Assembly: GCF_031769215.1 (NCBI RefSeq)
Contig: NW_026782216.1
Location: forward strand, 1-64,000
Origin: Ylistrum balloti
Lineage: Eukaryota
Direction of reading: 5' to 3'
Length of the DNA: 64,000 nt
Positions 45,813 through 59,486 of this stretch are shown piece by piece (position 1 is the stretch's first letter; the number at the start of each line of letters is the position of its first letter). Made by a program: the position numbers and the translations under genes. A model generated the notes under the pieces. It did not search any database. It had not been told where the DNA came from and was given only the letters and a program-made list of their open reading frames with translations.

Positions 45813-48423
45813 ATTGACTTAGCTTGAAAAGATTCGGAAACCCACCTTCAGCAGCTCCACAAGTCCGGGTACACTGTGTGCGTTACCTACAACCGTTAAC
45901 TAACACATTCGGCTCGTGTAACATTTCAGTCCAGATATATAGACACTCCCAGTGAATCCAGTTTTACGTAAAATGATTATTTGTGAACGTTTGTTTGTCC
46001 AGGTCAGAGATAAAGTGACCTTTGAAACGCGAGATATTGCCAAGGTTGGTAGTTGATAACAATTGTAAAATATTGTCCTGTATCGCGGCTACAATAGTGT
46101 ATAATACAACTTTCGATTGGTATCGCAAGCGTTAATATTTTATCTGCCTCTCCACTCTAATCTCACCCAATAAACCTCACACAGTCGAGTCAGTCATCGA
46201 TCAACACGAAAGTTACAAGCTTATAAACTGCAGTGCGCATTTCCTCGGCAAGCAATGTTTTACTCCAGTCGTGTCCTCTATTACATCGACCGTTTCCAAT
46301 TAAATTCACCGACGTAGACTAATTTTACACACCTGCAAAACCTACATTCTACAGCAGATATTCGTTTTGACCACATATTTTTACACAAATGCAAACATTC
46401 TATCTGACGCTGTGTTTCACTAATGACATTTTACCATGTGTATACATAAACTTTGACCCTCGAATATTAGCATATATTCATAAAGGGAAGAGTAATATTC
46501 GGAAAAAGAGTCGTCAGACTGAACAAACAGTATGGGAATGCTTTTGTAAACGGGTCATTTGAAAAAAAAATTAACGTACCCGTGTAAATATTTTTCATTG
46601 ATCTTAAAAAATAGCAAATTGTACCTGCTGTCACCATTGTGAGTCGACTTCTTTTGGGGATTTATTGTAAACAACTACATTTTTCCTGATTTTTTCCTCG
46701 ACACCAAGCCCACTATAATTTAGTGCTCGCATCTATGAGAAAAGGTTGTGTGTTCTATCCCCTGACCAACACAAACCAGAGTCCGTTGGAATGATTGCTT
46801 TGAGGTAGTGTAATTCGATAATAATGCCAGTGATTTGTATAATGATAAATACAACTATCATTTGATCCTGGACCCAGTTTATGTGGGGCGCCCTATGAAA
46901 AGGATGAACATTTCCTCAATCCGATAATGTCCCCTTTATACTGCCGTTTGACACTGCATATATGATATTTCTGATCCTGTTGAAATGTTGATTTGCTTGC
47001 TTCTGGGAAATTCTGATATGATAATGGACGTATTTTATTCAATGTCCACAATTACATTTTATCCACTCTCAGATTCAGTTCAGACTTAAACGTGATGCAA
47101 TATAGGTGTTTATTTCCTTTATTCTATGAACTTTTGCGGCTTTTCGCCGAGTCATTAGTTATGCTGATAATAATGCGAATGCTCGAGTTGTGTAAATGAA
47201 TATATAAATATGTACATGTATCGATTACTTTGGTGAACTAAAAAACAGCAACCAAATCTGATAGTGTACATAACTACGCATACCGAGGGGCGCGTACACC
47301 AAAATACAATGAACGATAAAGGGAAGTTTTTGCGACGGAAACATAGATAAATATTGATTCTGAAGTGATAATAAGTGGTTGTTCTTATCACATGCACTGT
47401 TGTTCAAATTGACTTTGAGTGCATGATCAGCCGAAAACATGTGGTGGATGCCGGATGCTGTTTTCTGTCCCTTAATATTGAGTAATCTGCCCAGTGACTC
47501 CTAAACTACAAAATGTCAGTAAACATGTCTACCACGAACGGAAACAGCATTCATTTTATCATCAACGCAATATTCATTAGAATGTTGCATTCTAATAACG
47601 GATATATACTCTGTAATCACCGTTGACTCCCAATGCGCCGTTTCGGGCATTTCGTCGCACCGGTTTCAACACGTTACGTGAAAGTGACCCTACTAGCATA
47701 AACAAATAAATTTCGGTTGATATCTTTAATTCCACACGACGCATATGAATGCTTTAAAAATGTTAGTGTTGAACTGTATCTTGATTAGTTGACATTTATT
47801 AGTAGGCGAATGGTGGCAATGGAGTTATAACATAAATACTAATAGTACACCATCACGTTACAAGCTTTCCATCAGCTGTTGATTAAAATTTATATTTACT
47901 TTCAAGCTTAAATGAATATTCGGAGTGATGACCATGTGAGCCATTCTGTGGCCATTCAGTGTAGGCCTAATTATCACCAGGGAGATTATTTAATGCATCT
48001 AATGTTTTGTGCGTTCTGAAAACATTTAGATAAAAAAGTCAGTGTGTGTATAGTGAGAATATTGATTTTAATCAATACATTTCTTACAAACCGATCAGGT
48101 GAAAAATACATTAATACAATCAAACACATAAATATGATCTGCCTATGTGTCATACCTATGCCTAATTTATCCGGTATATTTCTTCCTTTGCTTAGCAATA
48201 GCCATTGTCGTCATAACTTCCTGTTCAATGGTGGTTTCCGGTGAAATTACTGACAGTTTTCCCCACTGTCTCATCTGTTTACTTTCCTCTTTTTCAAGTC
48301 ACTGTACTTGGTTGCTTGTGTTGTAAAATAACAAAATAGAAGAAATACCACTCATTCTATAGAATGACGCATGAAAAATAGAACGGAATCTCCGTCACGA
48401 AAGGTCAAGGTTGAAAAACAAAA

Positions 48424-51400
48424 ATGGAGTCGTGCAATGCAGTTGAGAGAGAAGTTGAGAAAGTATTCAGCAAATTTTCCGGTTTGAAGGACCACTCTAA
48501 CAAGAATCTTGAAGAGTTGTGCAATTCAATTCAAAGTATACAACGAGAATTGCGAGATGGTAAATGCTTTCATTTTATTGTTTTCTTTGTATGCTGCATA
48601 TGGATTTAAGATGGTTTTCTTTTGTCTTCGATTTGTTTTTATAGCAACAGTTTGATAACATCAAAAACTTATCTGGATCGACACCATTTTGGTTTCATTA
48701 ATAAAAATGTTCACTATTCTATTCGAACGAGTATAGGTCAATTAATGGACTTGCAGTAGAATTGGTGTCTTTTAAATTTAATCTGCTTAGTTCTTAATCA
48801 TCATTATTTAATTTGGTAATCTACAATCTTTACAATACATATTATTTGGTATGATATAGTCAGGCATATAAAGGTATACTATACATACGACTAGACCTAT
48901 TAATCTCTGAATTTTACTGAAGAACTGATTTCTGTACATACTTCTTCTACTTCTGCAATATATATAGATACTTACTTGCCGTAGTAGTAATGTCGTCTAG
49001 ACATCGATTCCGGACGGTCATTTTGTCGAACAATATCACTTGAACTATTGACCTGCATATGTTTCGTTTCCGGAAAGAGTGAAAAATTTCTAATAAAAAC
49101 CATTAACCATATTTTTTTTTATTGTTGTCATCAGTCAGGTGAATAAGAAATCATTTCATGAATTAAAGGCCAGGTCCTCTTGCAATTTTTTGGCTGGATG
49201 CCTTATATTGAAAAATGGTGATTTTTTAATACCTTTGATGACTCATTTCTAATTTTGTCAAATTACCAAGTTGTAGACAGAGAGATGTAAAAACAACTTT
49301 CTTTAAGTAGTTACTGTTACATAAAAGAAGTTTACCGAAAAATATGGCTTATTTGAGAAAACAGGGACTAAACAATAAAAAGTTTAATCTAACCTCGTAG
49401 AAAAGATGCACACATCAAAACTGACATCCACCATTATTTTATTTTGATGCTTTTGTCATCAAAATGTAGTTCCTATTCAAACAATGATTTTATGTAAAAC
49501 ACATGTGTATTTCTGGGCCACTCTAAGCTAACTCAAGTGTCTGTGATTTAGTGATTTCGTCAAAAACAGAAGTGCTGTCACATGTTTGATACATATGTCG
49601 ATCATTTCAGGTGAGCAAATATCTGTGGATGTTTTTACTGGTCACTTTTTAAATGAATCTTATGGTATGAACACATTTCAGGTCATTTATGTATTTGTTT
49701 GTTGGCATTTCATTGACACAGTGTAGCTAGCGAAAAGTGATTGTGAAGGGGTCTGAAACTAATGCGCCAAATATACTTTCACAGAATGAAGATTTTGCAA
49801 GTGAAAAAAAAATTATATTTGAAGGAAATAATAGCAGATTTAAAAGAAGAGCATGCAGCACTAAATGCTAAATTTGAAGGTAGGGAGTTCCAGAGAACTT
49901 TGAAACTTTTAAACAAATAGAGAAAATTTTGTTTTAATTGCAGATGACAAGCTTACCGCTACTCAAACCTTAATACTGACACAGACTGTTCGAAGGATCA
50001 AAGAGGCAGTCTCGCGCTTGGGGCAGGAACATAAAGAACTACATAGTACAGTGTCCAAAGTTGGAAAATCCATTGACAGGGTAGGGAATCTAAACAGCTG
50101 TTGCTATAAATGTTATAAGTTATGATTCTATGATGACCAACCAGCAGTGAATGTGTGAATGATGTTCCTCAGAAAAACTTAATTAGTATTTAAGAGTTCT
50201 TCAACCTGGTTAGTAGAATATTGAGTTGGCTACACAACCTCGGTAAAGTTAAGATCTGAGGTGTGTCGTTTGATGCTCCAAACCAATGGTGGTGTGTGTT
50301 TTTCAGAAAGCTCAGAAGCAAAATGGTCTGTCCTGTCGTGGTTGTGTCCTTAGTCAAGACACTTTATTCCCAATTACTATTGAGGTCAATCAAATTATGC
50401 AATTAGCCCCCTGTTTGTTGTTCAGAGAGGTAGCCACTAGCTATTACTAGGAGATCATTCCTCAAAATGACCCTGGATGTTGACATTGCAATAACTCAGC
50501 AAAGAAGCAAACAAAAACTTACCTTGAAACTTTTCTGGTGGATTTAAGATGTTTATCAATGAATGAAGAATTTTATGATCATGTTCCTTAATCAGCAGCA
50601 ATTGTGAAGGGATGATCAGTTGACATGTAGTACGATACTTCTCCAGCTTGTCTCCATGCATGGTGGTAACCATTAATGTACCGGTAAAAAACTCACTTAT
50701 ATCTAATGTTGTTCAGTAGACTTATTAACTAGCAATTTCAATGTCAAAGACTAAACACAGTGCCCCCCTACCTCCACCCCAATGGCCTGTAACAGGAAAA
50801 ACTGATGTCTGAAAGATGGTATTTGTAAGCAATGAAATAAACCGTAGTTGGTCATCTTTTATGTTTTGCTGACTAACATTACAAAAGCTTGGTAACAGGA
50901 TGCATGACATGAATATATTTAACAGATTTACTCTAAACTTTCAGAATTTTGTCAATGACTTGACATCTATAGCAACTGATGGTGCATTTGAGGGAGTGGA
51001 GAAAACTCATTTATTAAATGAAGTGGTTTGTGAACACTTCATGAGACAAGGAATGTTGGACATTGCTGATGCTCTTGTCACGGTATGGATAATGACCACA
51101 AACCAGATTTGAATTAAAATTAATTCATACATCCTTCTCACCTTATGAAAGATGGTTCACTGGGCATTAATCCTAAATCAAGACTTGTTCCTAAAATATG
51201 AAATAGATATGTAGTTTCTTGCTGAATTATTGCTTTGCTAGATAACAAGTGTGTAGATTTTTTGTTAGTGTTTGATTAAATTAAAAAATATATAACTGAT
51301 ATCTATATTACATACGCTATTATGTTAATTGTATTAACAAGTGTACCTAATATTATAAATTTTACAATCATATTTTTTGGATCTATAAGTTAATGCTTCT

Positions 51401-54400
51401 ATTTTATGAATACAGGAAGCAAATTTAGAAATTGCAGAAGAGAAAAAAGAACCTTTCTTAGAATTACATAGAATACTCGGAGCTTTAAAACAGAAGAATT
51501 TAGAACCTGCTTTAAGGTAAGTTTTATTAATAGTCTTTGATAACATCTGATGTCATACTTACATGCCTAAATATAGTACATAGTACATGCATAATCATTA
51601 TTATAATGATATCAATTTGCCTTCAAATACAGGCTGTCAATGTAAAATTAGTGATGTATTTATCAAGGAAATAAACAAATGCTTTGTCATGATTGCCCAG
51701 TAATAATCACATCTCCCTGATTTGAGTCTTTATATTTCATGTTTGATATCAAGACATGTCCATTTTACTTTTGTCTGTGTTTTTTGACAGTTGGGCTACA
51801 TCTAATAAAGATAGATTACGAGAAATTAACAGTTGCTTAGAGTTCAAGCTACACAGATTAAAATTCATTGACCTCCTACGTCAAGGACGTATGTCACAAA
51901 CTGAGGCATTATACTACTCTAGACACCTATCACAGTTTGCCAGTCAATATCCGAGAGGTATGTTTAACTTGTAAAATTTTTAAAGTCTTCCCGTTTGAAA
52001 ACAGTTGTTTACCTATTTTCAAATACCCTTCATTAAGTTAAAACAATACACAGTAGTGTTGATTATGTTCACGGTAATTAAAGTTAATTTATGATGTTTG
52101 TTTAGTAGTGTACCTTGTTATGGGATGTGCAGAAAATTATGAACCCATTCATCTTGATTTGGAACTAGCCTGTAATATGTAATAAGCACTTAAATATTGA
52201 TGGACCAGATTGCTTTCTTTGTTGACCACATGGAGACTTCTGAATACCTTTATATATCTTAGATCTACAGGTGTTGATGGGAAGCATGCTATACCTAAGA
52301 CAAGGTATTGAGAACTCTCCATATGCCTATTTAGTGGCTCCTATCTACTGGGATGAGATATGTGATGTATTTACACGAGATGCCTGCTGTTTGTTGGGGA
52401 TGTCGGTGGAAAGTCCTCTAAGTGTCAGGTATGTAGAAGATCCTCGTCGACTATTCTCCAATATCCATAAATTTAAATTAATTTGGCAGATTTTTTGTCT
52501 ATTGTTTTACTCGTATCTGCAAAACTCATCTCTCGATTTACAAATGCTTACTAAAAAGCATTGTATGGTTTGTCATGATACATAATTGTGTAAGCAGCAT
52601 TTCATTTTGGCAGCTTTTTTAACATTTTTATATTTTTATATAATTTGATACAAGAATGCTTGCCATTTTAGCACAGGGTGGGCATATATTGCTCGACTTC
52701 ATGGTACTTTTAATTTTTATTCTACTCCAGCTACAAGTTAGACAAGCTATATTTGTTATAGATGGTAGCTGATAGGTAGTAAGTTATGATTATTTACATA
52801 CCAGAATATCGGAAGCAATTATTCAGTTGCTAGAGCAGCAGACTTTGCAACCTTGGATGAAAATCTGATTTATGTGATTCAACATTTCTACCTGTGGCAA
52901 TTTCTGTTTATGAGGAAGCTGAAAAATGGACTAGTCTGTGCTGTTGTAGTTGTCTTTTGGCAAAATACTTGCTTTGGATAGCATTCAGAGACCTCCCTCA
53001 TCGGTTCAGTGAGAAAGTCTTCAGCTGCTACAAGGAGACCTTACCTCAAAATGACTCTGACTGTTCTAAGAGTGATGAACCAAGCATACACTTCCCCAGT
53101 TACTTGGTATTCACTATAAATATTCATTATTTGTTGCTGTAAATTAATTTAACCTGTGAATTTACATGTTGGTTTTAGTATCCGAGCAGGGTGCCTAGCC
53201 TTACCTCCACTGCTCAACATCAGACAAGTGATGCAGCAACGCCAAGTGGCTGGGGTCTGGAGCAATAAAGATGAGTTACCAGTAGGTTTCATTTGATTTT
53301 GTAACAAATGTTTATCAAAAGCTTCATCTAAACATTCAATCTTAAAATCATTCATTGTTTTAAATTATTTACAATTTAGTTTCTCTGTTCAGTAGTAAAA
53401 ATTCTCATGTTTTTACCCAAATTTTGAAGCAAAAAGGGGAACATTTTTCATGAGGTATGTATTTTTCGATTTATTCTATTTTTGAAAATGAGGAATATTA
53501 GAATCCATCAAAAATAACAACCCTTGTATTAGCTGTAGGACTAAATGTCTGCCATCATCAGCTGAAGGCAAAAAAAGCTTTAATGATTGATGTAAAATCT
53601 GTTGGATAAATTATCAATTGTCTGGAGCAGCTTCATGGATGAAATCCCCAGTATTTTTACAGTGTTGTAAAATGCTTGTCATTTCTATCTGTACACAGCA
53701 TTGTTCTTATGCTATAATCTACTTTTTTTACAAAATTTGGGATAGAAACTTACTGTACTTTACTTTTGATATTTTATGTTGGGAACTAATTGGCATCAGG
53801 CTCTGTGGGGAATGTTGTCATTTGAGGTAATAATCAAAAGAGGTTGACAATAGATCTATTATCCAGAGGGTGTTAACAATTGATTGGTTGATACTGAACT
53901 CAGGAGACAGATATTGAATTTATTAACCTTAAGATATTGACATTTGATTATCGACCAGAAAATGTTGACATTTGATAACTGACCTCCAGAGGGTGACATC
54001 AAATTTATTAAGTAGTGGTTGTTGATATTGGATGGATAGACCTAAGAATGTTGACATTTGATTTATTGACATGGTGTTTTTAACTTTCAATTATTGAGCT
54101 TGGCATGTTTGGGATAGACTTTTTAACCTGATATAATTTAAATTTGATGGTTGAACTTAGGACATTGAACTCTAAGAGAAGTTGTGATTGTTCAACCATT
54201 TGTTAGACTAATTCCTAGTAACATTTCAGGTAGAAATAGACCTGGGAAAAGATTACAGATACCACTCCACCTTTGCCTGTCCGATCTTACGTCAACAGAC
54301 AACCGACGCAAACCCTCCGATGAGACTTATTTGTGGTCATGTGATATCAAAAGATGCTCTTACAAAACTTTCTAATGGAACTAAGTAAGTTTATAGCAAC

Positions 54401-55709
54401 TTGAAATAATTGTAACGGCACCTTTGATAAAGTGGTTCTAATTAAGTTTTTTTTATGTAAATCTAAATACACATACCGGGTATTCAAATATTTTTGACTA
54501 AATGGTTTGAAACATATGATTATGGTTTGAACCAATATATGACTGCAACATGAGTAAGAGTGAAGTACATTAATAAAAATAGATGTGATATCTTCCCTAT
54601 TCTGAATTTTCCATTTCTGGAAAGCAACATTCCTGCATCTCAAACCTATGCTGATGACATGTCAAAGTTGATTTGATATTCAAGGGCCTGTTCCAGTTAT
54701 CACGATTTTCATGCTATATGTCATCAGGTGATGGACAAACTCATTTTATGTTGTTATAGTGATCTTATTGATTTCATTTATTATTTTGTGCGATATTAAG
54801 CTTGACGTGTGTGATGCTCTTCAGTTTGCCTGTAGGTTCTATTGTTGTTTACCTTGTTTTCATTTGAGAATGTTACATTACATACATGGATTTAGCAGAA
54901 AATGCTTACTTTTAGAGAACACCTGGTCTTATTGTCTTTAAGCGTTCTATTGTTCATATTTTGCCCTACTTTTATTAATTTGAGTTTTGATTATGGCTAT
55001 GTCAACATGTTGGTGTATTTTATTGTTGTTTTTTCAGTAAAGTTACTTTGGTTTCAATTGGTTTGGTTACTGTAAATGATACAACATTATACCCAATCTC
55101 ATGACACTGTCAAATTGAAAATATGACTCACTTGAAGTGGTTCTTGCGCCAATGTCTTACAAGGGTTTATATGGCTTTTTTGTTTTGAGTCCAGTGTAAT
55201 GATTTTTTTGCGGAAAGAAGCTCTATCTATTTACCTATATCATGAAATGATTTCTCATAAATATTCACTTGAAAGCAGATGTTTTTGGAGTGTCTCACAA
55301 TGAAAATAAACCTTAAACTTCTTAAATATATGGATGTGAGCAAAATCTCATAGCAAGTCTCGCCTCCATGCCAAATTCAATAGTTTGTTTGAATTTGCAA
55401 AGGACTCACAATTATTTATGATGGTAACAGCACTACACAAATACATGGAAGTGTAATACTTATTTCAGGTATTTCTGAGTTTTGTGTGGTACCTGTCTAG
55501 GTCAGATTTTATCCATAAACCAGTGAATTTTTTTAGCTTAAAGTGAGCACCTATATTTTGTGGCTGTCTACATCCACCATCTTGAAAAGATCATTCCTTA
55601 ACTCTGATAGAATTGTAACGATATATGTTGTGTTTTGTTTTACAGAGTAAAGTGTCCCTACTGCCCAATAGAACAGCTGCCCATGGAAGCCAAGCAGATT
55701 TATTTCTGA
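48424..55709 (+). CDS. RMND5A: E3 ubiquitin ligase RMND5/GID2 (CTLH complex), 9 exons, 388 aa: 48424-48559,49944-50080,50945-51082,51416-51516,51791-51957,52263-52428,53179-53281,54230-54384,55646-55709
   Basis: Phase-consistent GT-AG exons encoding LisH ([12 protein letters not shown]), CTLH ([13 protein letters not shown]), CRA ([19 protein letters not shown]) and a degenerate RING ([29 protein letters not shown]...KCPYCP). Confidence 0.96.
49611..49664 (+). other. Candidate 54-nt cassette exon in RMND5A intron 1
   Basis: catttcag| ... ttatg|gtatga. The exon is phase 1-1 and stop-free, encoding [18 protein letters not shown]. Confidence 0.4.
50230..50400 (+). mobile_element. CORE-type SINE relic
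   Basis: gttgtgtccttagtcaagacacttt core with a tRNA-like 5' part. Confidence 0.5.
52850..53090 (+). mobile_element. SINE relic
   Basis: gttgtcttttggcaaaatacttg core and a tail shared with the copy at 22.0-22.1 kb. Confidence 0.45.
53860..54180. repeat. Degenerate minisatellite (gttgacatttgatt motif) in RMND5A intron 7
   Basis: Several diverged ttgacatttgat(t/a) copies. Confidence 0.55.
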
Positions 55710-56811
55710 ATGGCAATCTTGACCTTACAAGTGGAGACTTGTTGCCTTTTGGGAGGACTTATATAATGGATGCTTTCTTCATGAGCTTGGTTCCAAAATT
55801 GAAAATTTTGATTTTGAATTTGTCTTGAGAACTGAGCATTTTTAAATTCAGTGAACCATTTTGAATAAGTGCTCCCTCTAAAAGGGAATTCAGAATACAA
55901 CACTGTGTAAGAAGTCCTAGGTGTTGTTTTAACCCATGGTCTGTCAGCTGAATGTTTTTTGTAACTTGGTTTATGAGATCAGAGATCACCATCTGGCAAA
56001 TTGGAGGTCAAAGTTCAACATAGTGATAATTTAGAGGTTGTATTGTAAGTTTATGCAGACATTTTGGAGGTCACAGGCCAACAATTTGATCCTTAAGGTC
56101 ACAGGTCCACTCAGGATTTTATTGCAGGTCATATATTAAGATTTGGACACTGGAGGTTAAAGGTCAGCATAAAGATCAAATGTCAGCTCAATGACAACAT
56201 GAGCATGTTTCTGTAATGTGCTGGCATATTTACAGAATTCATGCTTAGACTAAACTGAATGGACAAGGTTTTGTAACTGTTTTATTTTACACTTTAGCGA
56301 AATATTCTCAGATGCTTACTTAGCCTCTGAAAAATCTATGTTTTGATTGAATAGTGACCAAGAACTTTTTAAAATGGCTTTTTAGGAACTGTTTGTTCTG
56401 AATGTAAGATTGCTATATACAGTACCTTGTAATTTTTATGCAGATATAATTGTGTAATGAATGTGTGTTAACAACCACTTTTTGATTTTGTGCAGCAATG
56501 TGTGTGAGGGTACAGAACTACAGTCAAGGAATGGTGTTTTTAATGTAAGGAGTGTGTACAACGTCACTTGAATGAATGAATCACACATGTATATTATGTC
56601 TGTGTACTGGAATATCTAGAACATTGTATGTAAACAGTATAATATGATGTATGATGCTGTATTACACCAATGAGTGTATTACTATTAAATTCACTTATAT
56701 GTTGTCAGCTTTTGTCAGACAACCTGTCTTTTCTGATATTTACTGATGGCAAGGTAGCACAGCGATTTGATCATGAGTGGTATCTGCTTAAAACAACACA
56801 CAGGTGGTGAT

Positions 56812-57650
56812 AAAGTGTGCCACTCTGGAGAGACTGCCAGTCTGGAGTAACAAAAGTGCGCTAGTCTGGAGAGACTGCCAGTCTGGAGAAACAAAAGTGT
56901 GCCACTCTGGAGAGACTGCCAGTCTGGAGAAACAAAAGTGTGCCACTCTGGAGAGACTGCCAGTCTGAAGAAACAAAAGTGTGCTAGTCTAGAGAGACAA
57001 AAGTGTACCACTCTGGAGAGACTGCCAGTCTGGAGAAACAAAAGTGTGCCAGTCTGGAGAAACAAAAGTGTGCCACTCTGGAGATACTGCCAGTCTGGAG
57101 AAACAAAAATGTGCTAGTCTGGAGAAACAAAAGTGTGCCAGTCTGGAGAGACTGTCAGTCTGGAGAAACAAAAGTGTGCTAGTCTGGAGAGACTGCCAGT
57201 CTGGAGAAACAAAAGTGTGCCACTCTGGAGAGACTGCCAGTCTGGAGAAACAAAAGTGTGCTAGTCTAGAGAGACAAAAGTGTACCACTCTGGAGAGACT
57301 GCCAGTCTGGAGAAACAAAAGTGTGCTAGTCTGGAGAAACAAAAGTGTGCTAGTCTGGACAGACTGCCAGTCTAGAGAAACAAAAGTGTGCCACTCTGGA
57401 GAGACTGCCAGTCTGGAGAAACAAAAGTGTGCTAGTCTAGAGAGACAAAAGTGTACCACTCTGGAGAGACTGCCAGTCTGGAGAAACAAAAGTGTGCCAG
57501 TCTGGAGAAACAAAAGTGTGCCACTCTGGAGAGACTGCCAGTCTGGAGAAACAAAAGTGTGCTAGTCTAGAGAGACAAAAGTGTACCACTCTGGAGAGAC
57601 TGCCAGTCTGGAGGAACAAAAGTCTGGAGAGACTGCCAGTCTGAAGAAAC
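56812..57650. repeat. Composite tandem array of 17-bp (ctggagagactgccagt) and 24-bp (ctggagaaacaaaagtgtg[ccact/ctagt]) subunits
   Basis: The two subunits alternate irregularly and generate spurious ORFs on both strands. Confidence 0.95.
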
Positions 57651-57759
57651 TGGCAAAGAATTTTACTGGAATGCAACATGCTTTCAACTTGGCAACCAGG
57701 AAATTTGTAATTATCTGTTGAGAAGTTGACATAAAGGATGTAATTATACTGTATACATT

Positions 57760-57995
57760 GTTAACAGATTGTAATATAATGTAATATATCTATTTACACT
57801 TTAATATGATTGTTTATAATGTAATATGATGTAACATGAATGTTTACATTGTAATATAATTTAAACATTCTGCTTACATTATAGTGTGATGTAACATGAA
57901 TGTACATTATAATATGATGTAACATGAATGTTTACTTTGTAATATAATGTAACACATGTATTTCTGTTTACATAGTAATGTGATGTAAATACTCG
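57760..57995. repeat. Degenerate AT-rich minisatellite (aatatgatgtaacatgaatgtttacattgt)
   Basis: Several diverged tandem copies. Confidence 0.65.
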
Positions 57996-59486
57996 GTAAC
58001 ATCGTAATCACGGAACTGTCTTGATATGACATTTATGATATGGATAAATGACATTGCTTTGAATGCAAATATCTTATCCTGCACTAGTACAATATGGTCT
58101 GTAACAACTGTAATGCTATAACAAAAATGTTGATTGCTTATATTAATGTTTTATACACCTTTTGATTTCAATTACAAGTCAGTTAAAACTAGAATTCTAA
58201 ATGATTACAAGTACCAGTAATTTAATTTATCAAATGGAAGTCATTTTGACAAGGTAGGTAGCTGTCTCTATAACAACAATGATATCATGGTCACACTATG
58301 GATGTTGTAGACAATCCTGAAAATTATATATCTATTTGTAAAAGCTTATAAATTTTGTATAGTAACATTGCTCTGCAAATGTAAATATTGTAATATGTGA
58401 TGTATTTTGTTTACATCCTAATGTGATGTAAATTTTCTTGTTAAGTTGAAATGTGATAATATTTATGTAGTGGCATTGTTTCTATTTATCCATTATGTGT
58501 TTGGGTGAAACACTTGTACCTAAGATGAATGCGATAATTATAAATGTACCTGATTTTCTACAAGTAAATTTTGACAAATCAGTGCAAAGATGAATTTGCA
58601 CATCAGATATAGCTGCAATATGTAAACACTATACAGAAGTAACAATTAGTGTTACCATTTTGTTGTGGAAGTCTTATAACGTAAGATCACCAATAAAATA
58701 CATTTATTGTACAAGATAATCTCAGTCCTGCAGGAATTAACTGAAAGTTTTCATCATTGGTCAGACAGCATTGTCTTTATAGATGCATAGAGGAACATTG
58801 TTACTGATACCAGACATTTAAACGTACCACAACACCAGATGAGGTGATTGGTGGTCAAATAGATTTACTGACCGTACAAGGTGGTTTGTCATTAATTAGT
58901 TAATTGGTGACCTTTCAAATGAAGGTGATGTTTAATCAGACTTTCTAGCAAATGAATTGTCAATGTTGAAATGCATTTCATGTCAATTCAATTTTGATAA
59001 AATTAGTGGTCCATTTGATAGGTCACAAGGTAACCTTTCAACTATTGGAAATAACTGTTCTTCGGTGAAATGCACCAAGTTCATGACTGTGACATGTAAA
59101 AGGTATTAAAGTCAGGTATGTCGCATCATTTTACCATGTAGTGAAAGTTGTCATGATTTGTGTTAATATGTGATATCATCAGTTCATTTCTGGCACCTGG
59201 CAATAAACCTTGAGTTGTTTAAATGATTTGCTTTGTCCTTGAAAAAAAAATAAATTGTTGATTTTTACATTGTTATTGATTTTGTCTTTCATCTCTGGAA
59301 CTTACATTCAGTAATCAGTATGTAAACACTCTTTTTCCTATTTCACTTTTTAACAACAAATCCCCATCATCAGCAGACAATTTACATTGAGTTCTACAAA
59401 AATACTTTCAACCAAAACAAAAGGGAAATTTTTTAAGAATTACCACTATATATAGATGTCAATGTGAATTAAGAGGGTCAATGATA

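Larger units (their letters stand above)
56684..58697 (+). terminator. Candidate proximal (ATTAAA 56684-56689) and distal (AATAAA 58692-58697) polyadenylation signals of RMND5A
   Basis: Hexamers within a long TGTA-rich, CpG-poor region downstream of the stop codon. Confidence 0.35.

Noticed and set aside
55995-56170. AGGTCA direct repeats (DR1-like nuclear receptor sites), also near 61275
   Set aside because: They lie in 3' UTR or repeat-derived sequence, and such motifs are common in bivalve repeats.
56715-57679. Several repetitive ORFs on both strands
   Set aside because: They are generated by the 17/24-bp array and show no coding signature.
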